Origin: Macrostomum lignano
Taxonomy: Eukaryota
DNA: 64,000 nucleotides
Direction: 5' to 3'
NCBI GenBank assembly: GCA_002269645.1
Contig: NIVC01000598.1
Span: 470,286-534,285 of the forward strand
Part shown: positions 1-42,308 of the stretch, one piece after another
How positions within the stretch are numbered: the stretch's first letter is position 1
How the letters are laid out: each line of letters begins with the position of its first letter
The notes under the pieces: model-generated
Told to the model about the DNA's origin: nothing
Database searches by the model: none
The model's input: the letters and a program-made list of their open reading frames with translations, nothing else
Program-made: the position numbers and the translations under genes

Positions 1-29171
<29,171 letters not shown>

Positions 29172-29224
29172 TGATGGGAGCGGCCGGGTCAGTGGGGTGG
29201 CAACTGCCGACGGATGGGTGAGGT

Positions 29225-30220
29225 GTGGGGTCTGAGAGTGTGGGATTTGAGAGTGCGGTATTTGAGTGTGGGATTTGAGAGTGTGGGATTTGAGAGTGTG
29301 GGATTTGAGAGTGTGGTATCTGAGAGTGTCGGATTTGAGAGTGTCGGATTTGAGAGTGTCGGATTTGAGAGTGTCGGATTTGAGAGTGTCGGATTTGAGA
29401 GTGTGGGATTTGAGAGTGTCGGATTTGAGAGTGTGGTATCTGAGAGTGTCGGATTTGAGAGTGTCGGATTTGAGAGTGTCGGATTTGAGAGTGTCGGATT
29501 TGAGAGTGTCGGATTTGAGAGTGTCGGATTTGAGAGTGTCGGATTTGAGAGTGAGGGATTTGCGTGTGGGATTTGAGAGTGTGGGATTTGAGAGTGTGGG
29601 ATTTGAGAGTGTGGGATTTGAGAGTGTCGGATTTGAGAGTGTGGGATTTGAGAGTGAGGGATTTGAGAGTGTGGGATTTAAGAGTGAGGGATTTGAGAGT
29701 GTCGGATTTGAGTGTGGGATTTGAGAGTGTGGGATTTGAGAGTGAGGGATTTGAGAGTGTGGGATTTGAGAGTGTGGGATTTGAGAGTGTCGGATTTGAG
29801 AGTGTGGGATTTGAGTGTGGGATTTGAGAGTGAGGGATTTGAGAGTGTGGGATTTGAGAGTGTGGGATTTGAGAGTGTCGGATTTGAGAGTGTGGGATTT
29901 AAGAGTGAGGGATTTGAGTGTCGGATTTGAGAGTGTCGGATTTAAGAGTGTGGGATTTGAGAGTGTCGGATTTGAGAGTGTCGGATTTGAGAGTGTGGGA
30001 TTTGAGAGTGTCGGATTTGAGAGTGTGGGATTTAAGAGTGAGGGATTTGAGTGTCGGATTTGAGAGTGTCGGATTTGAGAGTGTCGGATTTGAGAGTGTC
30101 GGATTTGAGAGTGTCGGATTTGAGAGTGTGGGATTTGAGAGTGTCGGATTTGAGAGTGTCGGATTTGAGAGTGTGGGATTTGAGAGTGTGGGATTTGAGA
30201 GTGAGGGATTTGAGTGTGGG
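29225..30220. repeat. 15-bp array (GAGAGTGT[C/G]GGATTT)n
   Basis: Direct reading. Confidence 0.97.
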
Positions 30221-30705
30221 ATTTATAAACATGAAAATTAAATTCTCTTGAATATAAGTGGACGAAAATCTCAGTTCGCTTGCTGTGGTTTAAGAATGTT
30301 TTGTTAAATCTTGGCTTCCTGCAGCGGGCTCTGCGTGCACTTTTTAAAAGACAGTATTTCGCCACTCAAGCATTTTGCAGTTTCCGACCGTCCTCTCTCT
30401 TTCTCTCCTCATGTTAGGCGATGAATGCCACTCTGAATGGGAACTTTTGCCGCCAGTTCTCCCTATCGTTTGTCGTTCCGCTCTCCTATGCAGCTGATCT
30501 CTCCCTTCCCGCACTCCCGCTTCAGAGATCGATACACTTTTTTGCCTTGTGGGCGGGCCGCCGCGGTGCCTGCTGGCTGATATGGCAGTTTTTTTCTGTG
30601 CCAGTCAGCCAAGCACGTTTTTTTTCAAACTGTTGCATGGATTATGGCTGGCCAATTCGACACAGCAATCGTTTCTTGCTTTTATACCGAAGTTTATTCC
30701 AGGCG

Positions 30706-31050
<345 letters not shown>

Positions 31051-31474
31051 AGACAGCAGTTGATGCAGTGTGCGTGAGAGAGACGGGAGCCTACAGTAGG
31101 GGTCAAGCTCTGCAGGAGGAGCAGGCAGCGAAGAAGTTTCGGATGGGGGCGCCGAGCAAGCGAGGAGGAATCTGGGCGCAGGGGAACGGGGCTAATCAAT
31201 ATTAATTTAGCCTGATAGACTGGGGAAACGAAATGAGTGAGGCCGAGGAGCCGGGGAGCGGGGTTGCGAGACTGGCTGCTGATCAACGCTCCCCGAACAA
31301 CTCCAAATTTTCCCACCGCTGAGGCGGCGGGCAACCAGCAAGTATTTCTCTGTCTGGCTGCGGTGGGAAAGATTCTGGAAGCTGAGTGCTTGATAAGAGG
31401 AACACGAAGAAAGCAAAGCCGAGAAATGAAGGCGGCTTCTACTGATGTGGAATTTCAATGTTTTTTGGGGATTT

Positions 31475-32105
31475 TCAGGGTGTGGGATTTGCAGGGTATG
31501 GGATCTTCAGGCTGTGGGATTCACAGGCTATGGGATTCGCAGGTTGTGGGATTCGCAGGGTATGGGATCTTCAGGGTATGGGATTCGCAGGGTATGGGAT
31601 TTGCAGGTTGTGGGATTCGCAGGGTATGGGATCTTCAGGGTATGGGATTCGCAGGGTATGGGATTTGCAGGTTGTGGGATTCGCAGGGTATCGGATCTTC
31701 AGGGTATGGGATTCGGAGGGTATGGGATCTTCAGGGTGTGGGATTCGCAGGGTATGGGATTCGCAGGGTATGGGATTCGCAGGGTATGGGATTCGCAGGG
31801 TATGGGATTCGCAGGGTATGGGATTCGCAGGGTATGGGATTCGCAGGGTATGGGATCTTCAGGGTGTGGGATTCGCAGGGTATGGGATTCCCAGGGTATG
31901 GGATTCACAGGGTATGGGATTCGCAGGGTATGGGATTCGCAGGGTATGGGATTCGCAGGGTATGGGATTCGCAGGGTATGGGATTCGCAGGGTATGGGAT
32001 TCGCAGGGTATGGGATCTTCAGGGTATGGGATTCGCAGGGTATGAGATTCTCAGGTATGGGATTCGCAGGGTATGAGATTCTCAGGTATGGGATTCGCAG
32101 GGTGT
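31475..32105. repeat. 16-bp array (GGGTATGGGATTCGCA)n
   Basis: Direct reading. Confidence 0.96.
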
Positions 32106-32774
32106 GAGATTAAGTCGCGCATTCTAGAACGTCAAGTCGTTTACAGGAAATCTCCGGCCACTTGGTGGATTAGCACATCTCAGGCAGAGCAGGTCCATTC
32201 AAAGCGAGCTTCACGGATGCCACTATTTCTCCTTACCGATTAATCGCTCCTTCTGTCTCAAAACACGCCGGATTTGAGCCGAGAATGACAGAGCGGGAGA
32301 GAAATGGAAGAGCGGGGACGGGATAAGGCAAGACAGGAAAGAGCTCAGGATTAAGTTGGTCGCGAAGAAGTTCTGAGACATCAGACTCACTCGGCCCATA
32401 ATTTTTAGGGTGGAGCGAAGAATAAGGCCGGGATGGAGGGTCTGTAGCGCCTGAGGATTAAAAAGTTAAAAGCACGATAGGCGTATTGCGGCATTGGGAA
32501 TTTCTCAGCTGGAGACGAGATCCAACTCTGCTCCCCATTTTTGCAGAAGTCTTCCTGTAACTTCACTAGCTGGGCTGTTTGGCCGAGCCCGGGGAGAGGG
32601 AGGGAGCGGATCGATACGAGGGGCGATGTTGGAACGACAAAGTGCTTATCTATATCCCAGGCAGCAACGGTGGTGGCGGGATGCGGGCCTGAGAGCTCAG
32701 TGATCCACACATTTTTGCGGTCCCCAACTGCTGTTCGACTGCAGTGGACTGAAACTCGAACTTTTTGGCTACTC

Positions 32775-34145
32775 TCCTCCCCTCTCTCCTTTCACCCTTC
32801 ACCTCTCTCCTCTCTCCTCTCTCCTCTCTCCTCTCTCATGTCTCCTCTCTTTTCTCTCCTCTCTCCTCTCTCCTCTCTCCTCTCTCCTCTCTCATGTCTC
32901 CTCTCTCCTCTCTCCTCTCTCATGTCTCCTCTCTCCTCTCTCCTCTCTCATGTCTCCTCTCTCCTCTCTCCTCTCTCCTCTCTCCTCTCTCCTCTCTCCT
33001 CTCTCCTCTCTCATGTCTCCTCTCTTCTCTCTCCTCTCTCCTCTCTCATGTCTCCTCTCTCCTCTCTCCTCTCTCCTCTCTCCTCTCTCATGTCTCCTCT
33101 CTCCTCTCTCCTCTCTCCTCTCTCATGTCTCCTCTCTCCTCTCTCCTCTCTCCTCTCTCATGTCTCCTCTCTCCTCTCTCCTCTCTCCTCTCTCATGTCT
33201 CCTCTCTCCTCTCTCCTCTCTCCTCTCTCATGTCTCCTCTCTCCTCTCTCCTCTCTACTCTCTCATGTCTCCTCTCTCCTCTCTCTTCTCTCCTCTCTCC
33301 TCTCTCATGTCTCCTCTCTCCTCTCTCTTCTCTCCTCTCTCCTCTCTCCTCTCTCATGTCTCCTCTCTTCTCTCTCCTCTCTCCTCTCTCATGTCTCCTC
33401 TCTCCTCTCTCCTCTCTCCTCTCTCATGTCTCCTCTCTCCTCTCTCCTCTCTCCTCTCTCCTCTCTCATGTCTCCTCTCTCATGTCTCCTCTCTCCTCTC
33501 TCCTCTCTCCTCTCTCATGTCTCCTCTCTCCTCTCTCCTCTCTCCTCTCTCATGTCTCCTCTCTCCTCTCTCCTCTCTCATGTCTCCTCTCTTTTCTCTC
33601 CTCTCTCCTCTCTCCTCTCTCCTATCTCTTCTCTCCACTCTCCTCTCTCCTCTCTCCTCTCTCCTCTCTCTTCTCTCCTCTCTCCTCTCTCCTCTCTCCT
33701 CTCTCCTCTCTCTTCTCTCCTCTCTCCTCTCTCTTCTCTCCTCTCTCCTCTCTCCTCTCTCCTATCTCTTCTCTCCACTCTCCTCTCTCCTCTCTCCTCT
33801 CTCCTCTCTCTTCTCTCCTCTCTCCTCTCTCCTCTCTCCTCTCTACTATCTCCTCTCTCCTCTCTCCTATCTCCTCTCTCCTCTCTCCTATCTCCTCTCT
33901 CTTCTCTCCTCTCTCCTCTCTCTTCTCTCCTCTCTCCTCTCTCTTCTCTCCTATCTCCTCTCTCCTCTCTCCTCTCTCCTATCTCCTATCTCCTCTCTCC
34001 TCTCTCCTATCTCCTCTCTCCTCTCTCCTCTCTCCTCTCTCCTATCTCCTCTCTCCTCTCTCCTCTCTCCTCTCTCCTCTCTCTTCTCTCCTCTCTCCTC
34101 TCTCCTCTCTCCTCTCTCCTCTCTCCTCTCTCCTCTCTCCTCTGT
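32775..34145. repeat. 7-bp based polypyrimidine array (TCTCCTC)n with ATG/CTA variants
   Basis: Direct reading. Confidence 0.97.
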
Positions 34146-34579
34146 TCTTTCTCTCCTAATTTCTGTCTCAATCACCTTTTATCTCCCATCTCACCTTTCC
34201 GTTCTCTCCTCTCCCGTCTCTCATCTCTCCACTTTCCTCTATCATTTCTGCTTTCACACACACTAATCTTCTCTCTTATTCCTCTCAATCACTGATGCCG
34301 GAATCTTTTCCTGACTCATCATTTAAACGTCTATTAAATATTTTAACTCGCAGCCCCAATGCCTTTGCCGCATTTTTGTGGCTTGTCCGTTGCTGTCTGC
34401 GTAGGAACAGGTGTAACCTGCCATTACTTTTTACAGCCAGCTTTCTGCTTTTATCTTGGTTAATCTCGACTTCTTTACATCCTAGAACTTACTTTGTGCA
34501 ATAAACATTTCCCGTGCGCTGAAACAACAGCATTCCTTTGGGTGCGTACACAGTGAAGATGGGAAAACTGAAGTCAGTC

Positions 34580-35110
34580 TCTCCCTCTCCCACTCTCCCC
34601 ACTTTCTCCCACTCTCCCCCACTCTCTACCACTCTCGCCCACTCTCGCCCACTCTCTCCCACTCTCTCCCACTCTCCCCCACTATCCATCACTCTCCCCC
34701 ACTCTCCCCCACTCTCTCCCACTCTCGCCCACTCTCGCCCACTCTCGCCCACTCTCCCCCACTCTCTCCCACCCTCTCCCACTCTCACCCACTATCCATC
34801 ACTCTTCCCCACTCTCCCCCACTCTCTCCCACTCTCCCCGATGTCCACCACTCTCCCCCACTCCCCCACTCTCCCCCACTCCCCCCACTCTCCCCCACTC
34901 TCCCCACTCTCCCCCACTATCCACCACTCTCCCAATTTTCTCCCACTCTCCCCCACTCTCCCCCACTCTCTCCCACTCTCCCCCGATATCCACCACTCTC
35001 TCCCACTCTCCCCCACTATCCACCACTCTCCCCACTCTCTCTCACTCTCCCCCACTCTCCCCCGATATTCACCACTCTCTCCCACTCTCCCCCACTTACT
35101 CCCACTCTCT
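34580..35110. repeat. 10-11-bp array (CCCACTCTCC)n
   Basis: Direct reading. Confidence 0.93.
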
Positions 35111-35451
35111 CCGAATCTCTACTCTTTTGCTTATCGAAGGGGGCCAAATCACACCAGATTTTCCGGCAAAAAATGTATCATTTGGGATCCCTTGCAAGCA
35201 GCGAAATTTCCCGTATTGCCAGCAATTAGTTTTTTGTGATGCTGGCCCAAGCAGCTAGTTTTGGATGGGGGTCGAATTCCAATAAATAAATATTTGAGGC
35301 TCGTTAGTAGCAGGTGTTTCCCGTCCCTGCTTTGAAAACTCGGGTCTAAACAGGGAGCTCTGAGAGTTAACTGCAAAACCAAAAGGATTCTTAGAAATAT
35401 TGTGACTTTGTGTGGCTTGCGACGCATTCGTGTTTTTACTTTGACAGTTGG

Positions 35452-36660
35452 ACTGACTGACTGACTGACTGACTGACTGACTGACTGACTGACTGACTGA
35501 CTGACTGACTGACTGACTGACTGACTGACTGACTGACTGACTGACTGACTGACTGACTGACTGACTGACTGACTGACTGACTGACTGACTGACTGACTGA
35601 CTGACTGACTGACTGACTGACTGACTGACTGACTGACTGACTGACTGACTGACTGACTGACTGACTGACTGACTGACTGACTGACTGACTGACTGACTGA
35701 CTGCCTGCCTGACTGACTGACTGACTGACTGACTGACTGACTGACTGACTGACTGACTGACTGACTGACTGACTGACTGACTGACTGACTGACTGACTGA
35801 CTGACTGACTGACTGACTGACTGACTGACTGACTGACTGACTGACTGACTGACTGACTGACTGACTGACTGACTGACTGACTGACTGACTGACTGACTGA
35901 CTGACTGACTGACTGACTGACTGACTGACTGACTGACTGACTGACTGACTGACTGACTGACTGACTGACTGACTGACTGACTGACTGACTGACTGACTGA
36001 CTGACTGACTGACTGACTGACTGACTGACTGACTGACTGACTGACTGACTGACTGACTGACTGACTGACTGACTGACTGACTGACTGACTGACTGACTGA
36101 CTGACTGACTGACTGACTGACTGACTGACTGACTGACTGACTGACTGACTGACTGACTGACTGACTGACTGACTGACTGACTGACTGACTGACTGACTGA
36201 CTGACTGACTGACTGACTGACTGACTGACTGACTGACTGACTGACTGACTGACTGACTGACTGACTGACTGACTGACTGACTGACTGACTGACTGACTGA
36301 CTGACTGACTGACTGACTGACTGACTGACTGACTGACTGACTGACTGACTGACTGACTGACTGACTGACTGACTGACTGACTGACTGACTGACTGACTGA
36401 CTGACTGACTGACTGACTGACTGACTGACTGACTGACTGACTGACTGACTGACTGACTGACTGACTGACTGACTGACTGACTGACTGACTGACTGACTGA
36501 CTGACTGACTGACTGACTGACTGACTGACTGACTGACTGACTGACTGACTGACTGACTGACTGACTGACTGACTGACTGACTGACTGACTGACTGACTGA
36601 CTGACTGACTGACTGACTGACTGTCTGACTGACTGAGTGACTTACTTACTTACTTACTTA
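35452..36660. repeat. (GACT)n microsatellite, ~295 copies, ending in (TTAC)n
   Basis: Direct reading. Confidence 0.99.
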
Positions 36661-37329
36661 CCGCTTCGTCAGCAGACGTGCCCAGTCCCTCACTCCGGTA
36701 GCTGATTGAAAAGTCGAGTTTGAGATTCAGTTGGCCAGCCGCGAGATTTAGTGTGCAGCCGTCATCTTTGTATAGCGGATTCGGGGAATTTCTTTAAAGC
36801 CTGCCTGCCCTGCCCGCCACTGTGACTGGTCTGTTTTCCCTCGACTGCAGTTGCTGGGGCTGGAGTTATCGAGGAGGCGGCTGTGGTTGGGGGGGGGAAG
36901 CGGAGAGAGGAGGTCACGGAGTAGGCAGAAGGGGTGCCCGGGCAGTATAAGAAATGGAGGGAGACAGAAAATCGACATGAAGGCTTCGCCGTCGCCAATT
37001 GGCTGGACAAAAATCGCCAGAAATGAAACAGGGGGGGGGGAGGCCAGTGCGCACGTGGGGGAGTGAGGATCTGGAAGAAGAGGCAAGAGCCTTACTGCCC
37101 GCCCGGCCGCTCTCCCCCGCCGACACGCAGCAAACAGCTGTGCCAGACTTTTGCTACCATATGATTCTTAATAGGCCCTATAATTTGTATTCTTTCCTTC
37201 CAGACTAATACAATTATTGAGCTATGCAGATATCAGTACTTTAATTATAAGTTTAAAGTACATCGTATAAAGCTAGAGGGATGGTACATAAAAGTTTGAG
37301 ATAAAGGTGAGAGAGAAGTTAATTAAGAG

Positions 37330-37506
37330 AGAGAGGGAAGAGAGGATGAGAGAGGGTGTGAGAGGGTGAGAGAGGATGAGAGAGGGTGAGAGAGGGTAAG
37401 AGAGGGTGAGAGAGGGTGAGAGAGGGTGAGAGAGGGTGAGAGAGGGTGAGAGAGGGTGAGAGAGGGTGAGAGAGGGTGAGAGATGGAGAGAGAGAGAGAG
37501 AGAGAG

Positions 37507-37547
<41 letters not shown>
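37330..37547. repeat. (GGTGAGAGAG)n followed by (GA)n
   Basis: Direct reading. Confidence 0.95.
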
Positions 37548-37550
<3 letters not shown>

Positions 37551-37620
37551 CGCCTCCAATCTCGGGCACTGACACGGTAGAAAGTCAGAAAGGACTGAAA
37601 AAAGTCAATTTAAATTGAGT

Positions 37621-37657
37621 AGCCGATATTTCGAAATTAAATTTCTTCGTCAGGGCT
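37621..37657 (-). ncRNA. minimal type I hammerhead ribozyme (PLE type)
   Basis: Minus strand reads AGCC CUGACGA A GAAAU UUA AUUUC GAAA UAU C^GGCU. It has both core boxes, a 5-bp stem II, a palindromic AUAU stem III, a UC cleavage site and a 4-bp stem I (AGCC/GGCU). Confidence 0.88.
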
Positions 37658-38489
37658 GTAAGCGAGTGAAGTTTATTTGGCGCGAATTGCCATCAATATA
37701 TAAAGGCGATATCGCCAGGGAGAGACGATCGATAAATTGATGTGCTCAAGCACTTAAAACAGTACGCATGGTCAGTACATAAAAACGAGTCCGAGACTAT
37801 GAGAAAAGCGGGGGGTGGCTAAAACTGTACAATTGGGCCAAGACGACCTTTGAGTGTAGAATAAAAATTGTAAAAATAAATGGCAAAATAAATAGACAAG
37901 GTAAATAAAAATTATTATTAAATGCTCAGAGCAAAAAATGCAGGTGCACCGTACACAGTGTCAGAAAAATGAATAAAAAGCAGAGAATAAATAATCTGAA
38001 TAAATCAAAATAAAGTCAATGAAAAAATCACAGAGGGGAAAAATAGCAGTAAAAGAGCCTCTGTACAGGCGTCAAAAGGGGCCTAGTTGGCAGGATCGAG
38101 CCGACTATGAGAGAGCAGAGTCCGGAGGCTTCTCCCCTTGGTGTAGGCGGGCAGCACCGGGGTCTCGCAGTGGCGTATCACCCTGTCCTTCACTTTGGCA
38201 GCCAGGGCGTCGGAGGTCGCACAGTGGGGCAGGATCAGCGGGATGGCCGGATTGTGCAGTATGCCGGCAAGTTCGTTGGCGCCGTGTGGAACATGAGTCC
38301 TCAGGACCTCGATAAACTTGGCCTCCTGGCGCTGACGCCGCTCGTCAGCTCTGGGTCCTGTGCCATCGCGTGTCCAGATGCCGGTGAAGACGAAGTCCGT
38401 CAGACTGTGGCCACCGCTGGTGAAGTGGCGCGCTACCGGAGTGTCACGGGTGTGCCGGATGTCACCGATGTGCGCCAGCATGCGACCAC

Positions 38490-39045
38490 GGATGAGAGAG
38501 GGTGAGAGAGGGTAAGAGAGGGTGAGAGAGGGTGAGAGAGGGTGAGAGAGGGTGAGAGAGGGTGAGAGAGGGTGAGAGAGGGTGAGAGAGGGTGAGAGAG
38601 GGTAAGAGAGGGTGAGAGAGGGTAAGAGAGGGTGAGAGAGGGTAAGAGAGGGTGAGAGAGGGTGAGAGAGGGTGAGAGAGGGTGAGAGAGGGTGAGAGAG
38701 GGTGAGAGAGGGTGAGAGAGGGTGAGAGAGGGTGAGAGAGGGTAAGAGAGGGTTAGAGAGGGTTAGAGAGGGTGAGAGAGGGGGAGAGAGGGTGAGAGAG
38801 GGTGAGAGAGGGTGAGAGAGGGTGAGAGAGGGTGAGAGAGGGTGAAAGAGGGTGAGAGAGGGTGAGAGAGGGTAAGAGAGGGTGAGAGAGGGTGAGAGAG
38901 GGTGAGAGAGGGTGAGAGAGGGTGAGAGAGGGTGAAAGAGGGTGAAAGAGGGTGAGAGAGGGTGAGAGAGGGTGAAAGAGGGTGAGAGAGGGTGAAAGAG
39001 GGTGAAAGAGGGTGAAAGAGGGTGAGAGAGGTTGAGAGAGGGTGA
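38490..39045. repeat. 10-bp array (GGTGAGAGAG)n inside the PLE relic
   Basis: Direct reading; same unit as 37330-37480. Confidence 0.97.
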
Positions 39046-39711
39046 GTGATGAGTGAGGGTAAGAAGCCCAGCTCCATCAGCACCTCTTATTTGATACGTG
39101 CGCAGGAAACGTCCGCTGTAGCCCTGGTGTCGCACCAGATTTTCTGGTGCAAGCTTCATCGAAGTCAGCCATCCGAGAGCGACGTCAAGGCGTATCTGAG
39201 AAGCTGGGACTTCACCACCCCTCGGAAAGTAGACTTGGGATGGAATGAGCTGCGATTGATGAGGGCTCGGACTGTCGGTGGGCTTGAAGAAAGTTATAAG
39301 TGGCACAGCAGAGAAAAATGTCCTTGGGGCGGCCGTAGCCCCCAGCACCCCCAGTTCACGGCATTCCCGAAGTCCATTCCCAGGTCAGGTGACTCCCAGT
39401 CTACGGCGCGGTGGAATGCAAAACTGGGCCGCACATTCGATGCCCTCGGTTGTCTCCCCCCCGCAAAATCAAGTTTTCCCAAACCGCATCGGTTTTCACC
39501 GGGATCTCCTGTAGCAGGGAACTGGCAGTCCATTGATCAGCCAGTGCCAGCGCTAGCCAAACTGCTGTGTGCCGGATGTACTAATACAGGGTGCGCTGAC
39601 TGACTGGTTGGCTGGATAAAAGATGCGATTTTTTGGGGAGATCCCGATGTAAAATTGACTTCTGCCAGCTGTTCTGAGGGGGAGAAATGTTGGTGAGGCT
39701 GGTTAAGCCGG

Positions 39712-40671
39712 TGGCGCCAAGGGAGACTGAATGGCGCCAAGGGAGACTGTATGGCGCCAAGGGAGACTGTATGGCGCCAAGGGAGACTGTATGGCGCAAA
39801 GGGAGACTGTATGGCGCCAAGGGAGGCCATGTGGCGCCAAGGGAGACTGTATGGCGCCAAGGGAGACTGTATGGCGCCAAGGGAGACTGTATGGCGCCAA
39901 GGGAGACTGTATGGCGCAAAGGGAGACTGTATGGCGCCAAGGGAGACTGTATGGCGCAAAGGGAGACTGTATGGCGCCAAGGGAGGCTAAGAGTGGGTTC
40001 AAGATACCTATGACTTACCTGAGTGCAAGTCACTCTGGAGAATATCGCTGGGCAGCGACAGAACTGAGCGTTAATTGACTGCAGAGTTGATTTAGCGGCC
40101 GCGAAGAACCCGAAAAATATTCCCGGAAATTGAAACTAAATGAACTTTTCCCTGGCTGGAGTAAGGGACTTCTTTGACTTAAAACAATCGAGGTTTACTT
40201 CCGCACGAGCTATCGGGTTCCAGATTCGTGTTTCGTAATGGAATTTTTAGACGCCCCTGATCACTGTCTTGGTGCAGTTGGAATAGCCTTATTGGCATTG
40301 GCTGAGGCGACTAAAAGCTTAAGTTCAGGGAAATGGCAGGCGAGCTTTTGCATTTTGGCGTTCCAAAGTTTGCATTTCCTCGGGGGGTTTGCAAGCAAAA
40401 TAGGGATTTCTAGATTCTGCTCAATCACTGCGCTGACCAGACCACTCAGTTCAGGGGGTCTGAAAAGTTTCTTCTAGAAATTATAAAAATAGAGTGACTG
40501 AAAGGCTGCTCAAATGCAGCTAACTGGTCCGCAGTCTTCTCGGGTATGGCGCCATACAGTCTCCCTTGGCGCCATACAGTCTCCCTTGGCGCCATACAGC
40601 CTCCTTTGGCGCCATACAGTCTCCCTTGGCGCCACCCGGTCCCCCTTGGCGCCACCCGTCTCCCTTGGCAC
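39712..40671. repeat. two arrays of one 20-bp unit (ATGGCGCCAAGGGAGACTGT) in inverted orientation, 39712-39985 and 40546-40671
   Basis: The right unit GGCGCCATACAGTCTCCCTT is the reverse complement of a rotation of the left unit. Confidence 0.95.
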
Positions 40672-40696
40672 CAAACAGACTAGATATCTACAGTCC

Positions 40697-41129
<433 letters not shown>

Positions 41130-42141
41130 CAAAACGTACATAAGTGTTCTCAGAATTGATCTGAGAGTGGGACAGCGGAGCCAAATCACTTGAATCGGGT
41201 GAACGAGTGGCTGCGTGTGTGCCGTGGCCGCGCATGCGCCTGCTTGAAATGTGATTGAAAGCCAGCCAAAGCCAAGTCTCTCTCTCTCTCCTCGGCTCCA
41301 ACTGTCGGCCGGTCATTAGAATCGATTTAGCAAGAGTAGAGGAGGGCATGGCGAGGTTTGAGTTCTCAAATCCTCAGTTGGGGGGGGGCGCGTCTCAAGG
41401 ATCTGGGGAATTCTCTCGCCAGGCCTTCCAAGTGCAGTGGGTTTGGAAACGAGGAAGGTAAAGGTGCAATCGCACTAGGAACTAAATATTCACCTCTGCA
41501 GTGATAATGATCACCAATAGTATTAAACAGCTGGCGATTGGAAAGCCAGGGCTCCTGTACACCATGCGTTGCGGTCAAAGGCAACGGCCTTCTTATTTAC
41601 CTCCTCGCTAGTCAAGGACTCGTCTTATTACAAGTAAAATTTAGATCACAAAAAAGATATAACAGCTTTTATTCTGTTAGTAGTACTGTTAGTAGGCTAG
41701 TAGCGATTCTATGATATTTTTATTTACCTATTCTTAAAAAATAATGAATCAGCATGTACTATTGCAAAGTTGCGCGCACTAATTCAAAAAGTACAAAGCA
41801 ATCAGTAATGCAAGTCAATTTAGTATTGACGTACCACAGGCAGAGACTCAAGCTTAAACATTTGGCTGACGGCAGCTGCAGCTCATTATTATGCATGAAA
41901 TGTTACAAGAACAGTCAGCATCCAGGCTTGCATTGCCTGCATACTTTGTTGCAGGCGTGCCACAGGAAAGCAAAGAAGGAGACCTGTTTAATTTAGAAGA
42001 ATTCTGGCTTGCTTGGCTTAAACTCAAACTCAAACTCAGTACAGCTGTTAAGCACCCGCAAACGATGCAATAAATTACCGCCTCAGGTGGACTTAAGCGG
42101 GGGAGCGCTCTCTTTTTCTCTATTTCAGTTTGTTTCTCGAA

Positions 42142-42155
42142 GTTTCCATGGAAAC
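42142..42155. promoter_or_regulatory. RFX X-box-like palindrome GTTTCCATGGAAAC upstream of copy A
   Basis: Perfect 14-bp palindrome (extends to 18 bp) fitting GTHNYYATRRNAAC, at -167 from the ATG. Confidence 0.65.
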
Positions 42156-42308
42156 TTGAGGCAGCCCCAAGACAATAGACTTTCCTACTAAAGCAGAGTT
42201 TGACTGCATCGGGTCTGCGCCACTTCCCCAGTTTGTTGAGATTCTCAAGCTCACAGCCTCTCACTCAGTGCTGCCTTCTCAGTCCTACTTACTGGACGGC
42301 CTTCCAAA

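Larger units (their letters stand above)
37548..39300 (-). mobile_element. decayed Penelope-like retroelement (PLE) 3' part: RT C-terminal region, GIY-YIG C-half, linker-like motif and hammerhead-bearing terminal region
   Basis: 39300-39060 reads, through four +1 frameshifts and a stop, FFKPTDS-RALINRSSFHPKSTFRGVVKSQLLRY-DFDEAC-QGYSGRFLRT-IK, a PLE RT C-terminal pattern. 38490-38083 reads RMLAHIGDI...TPVARHF...GH...RQEAKFIEVLRTHVPHGAN, a GIY-YIG C-half. A hammerhead lies on the same strand downstream. Confidence 0.85.

Noticed and set aside
38083-39348. 421-aa ORF as one real protein
   Set aside because: Its middle is a 10-bp array, and the upstream RT similarity switches frame four times; treated as a PLE relic.
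42110-42130. Pyrimidine tract + AG at the start of the shared upstream block as a trans-splice acceptor (also 50002, 55020)
   Set aside because: It would place an upstream ATG and the X-box-like motif in the UTR; a proximal promoter is the simpler reading, but this is not excluded.
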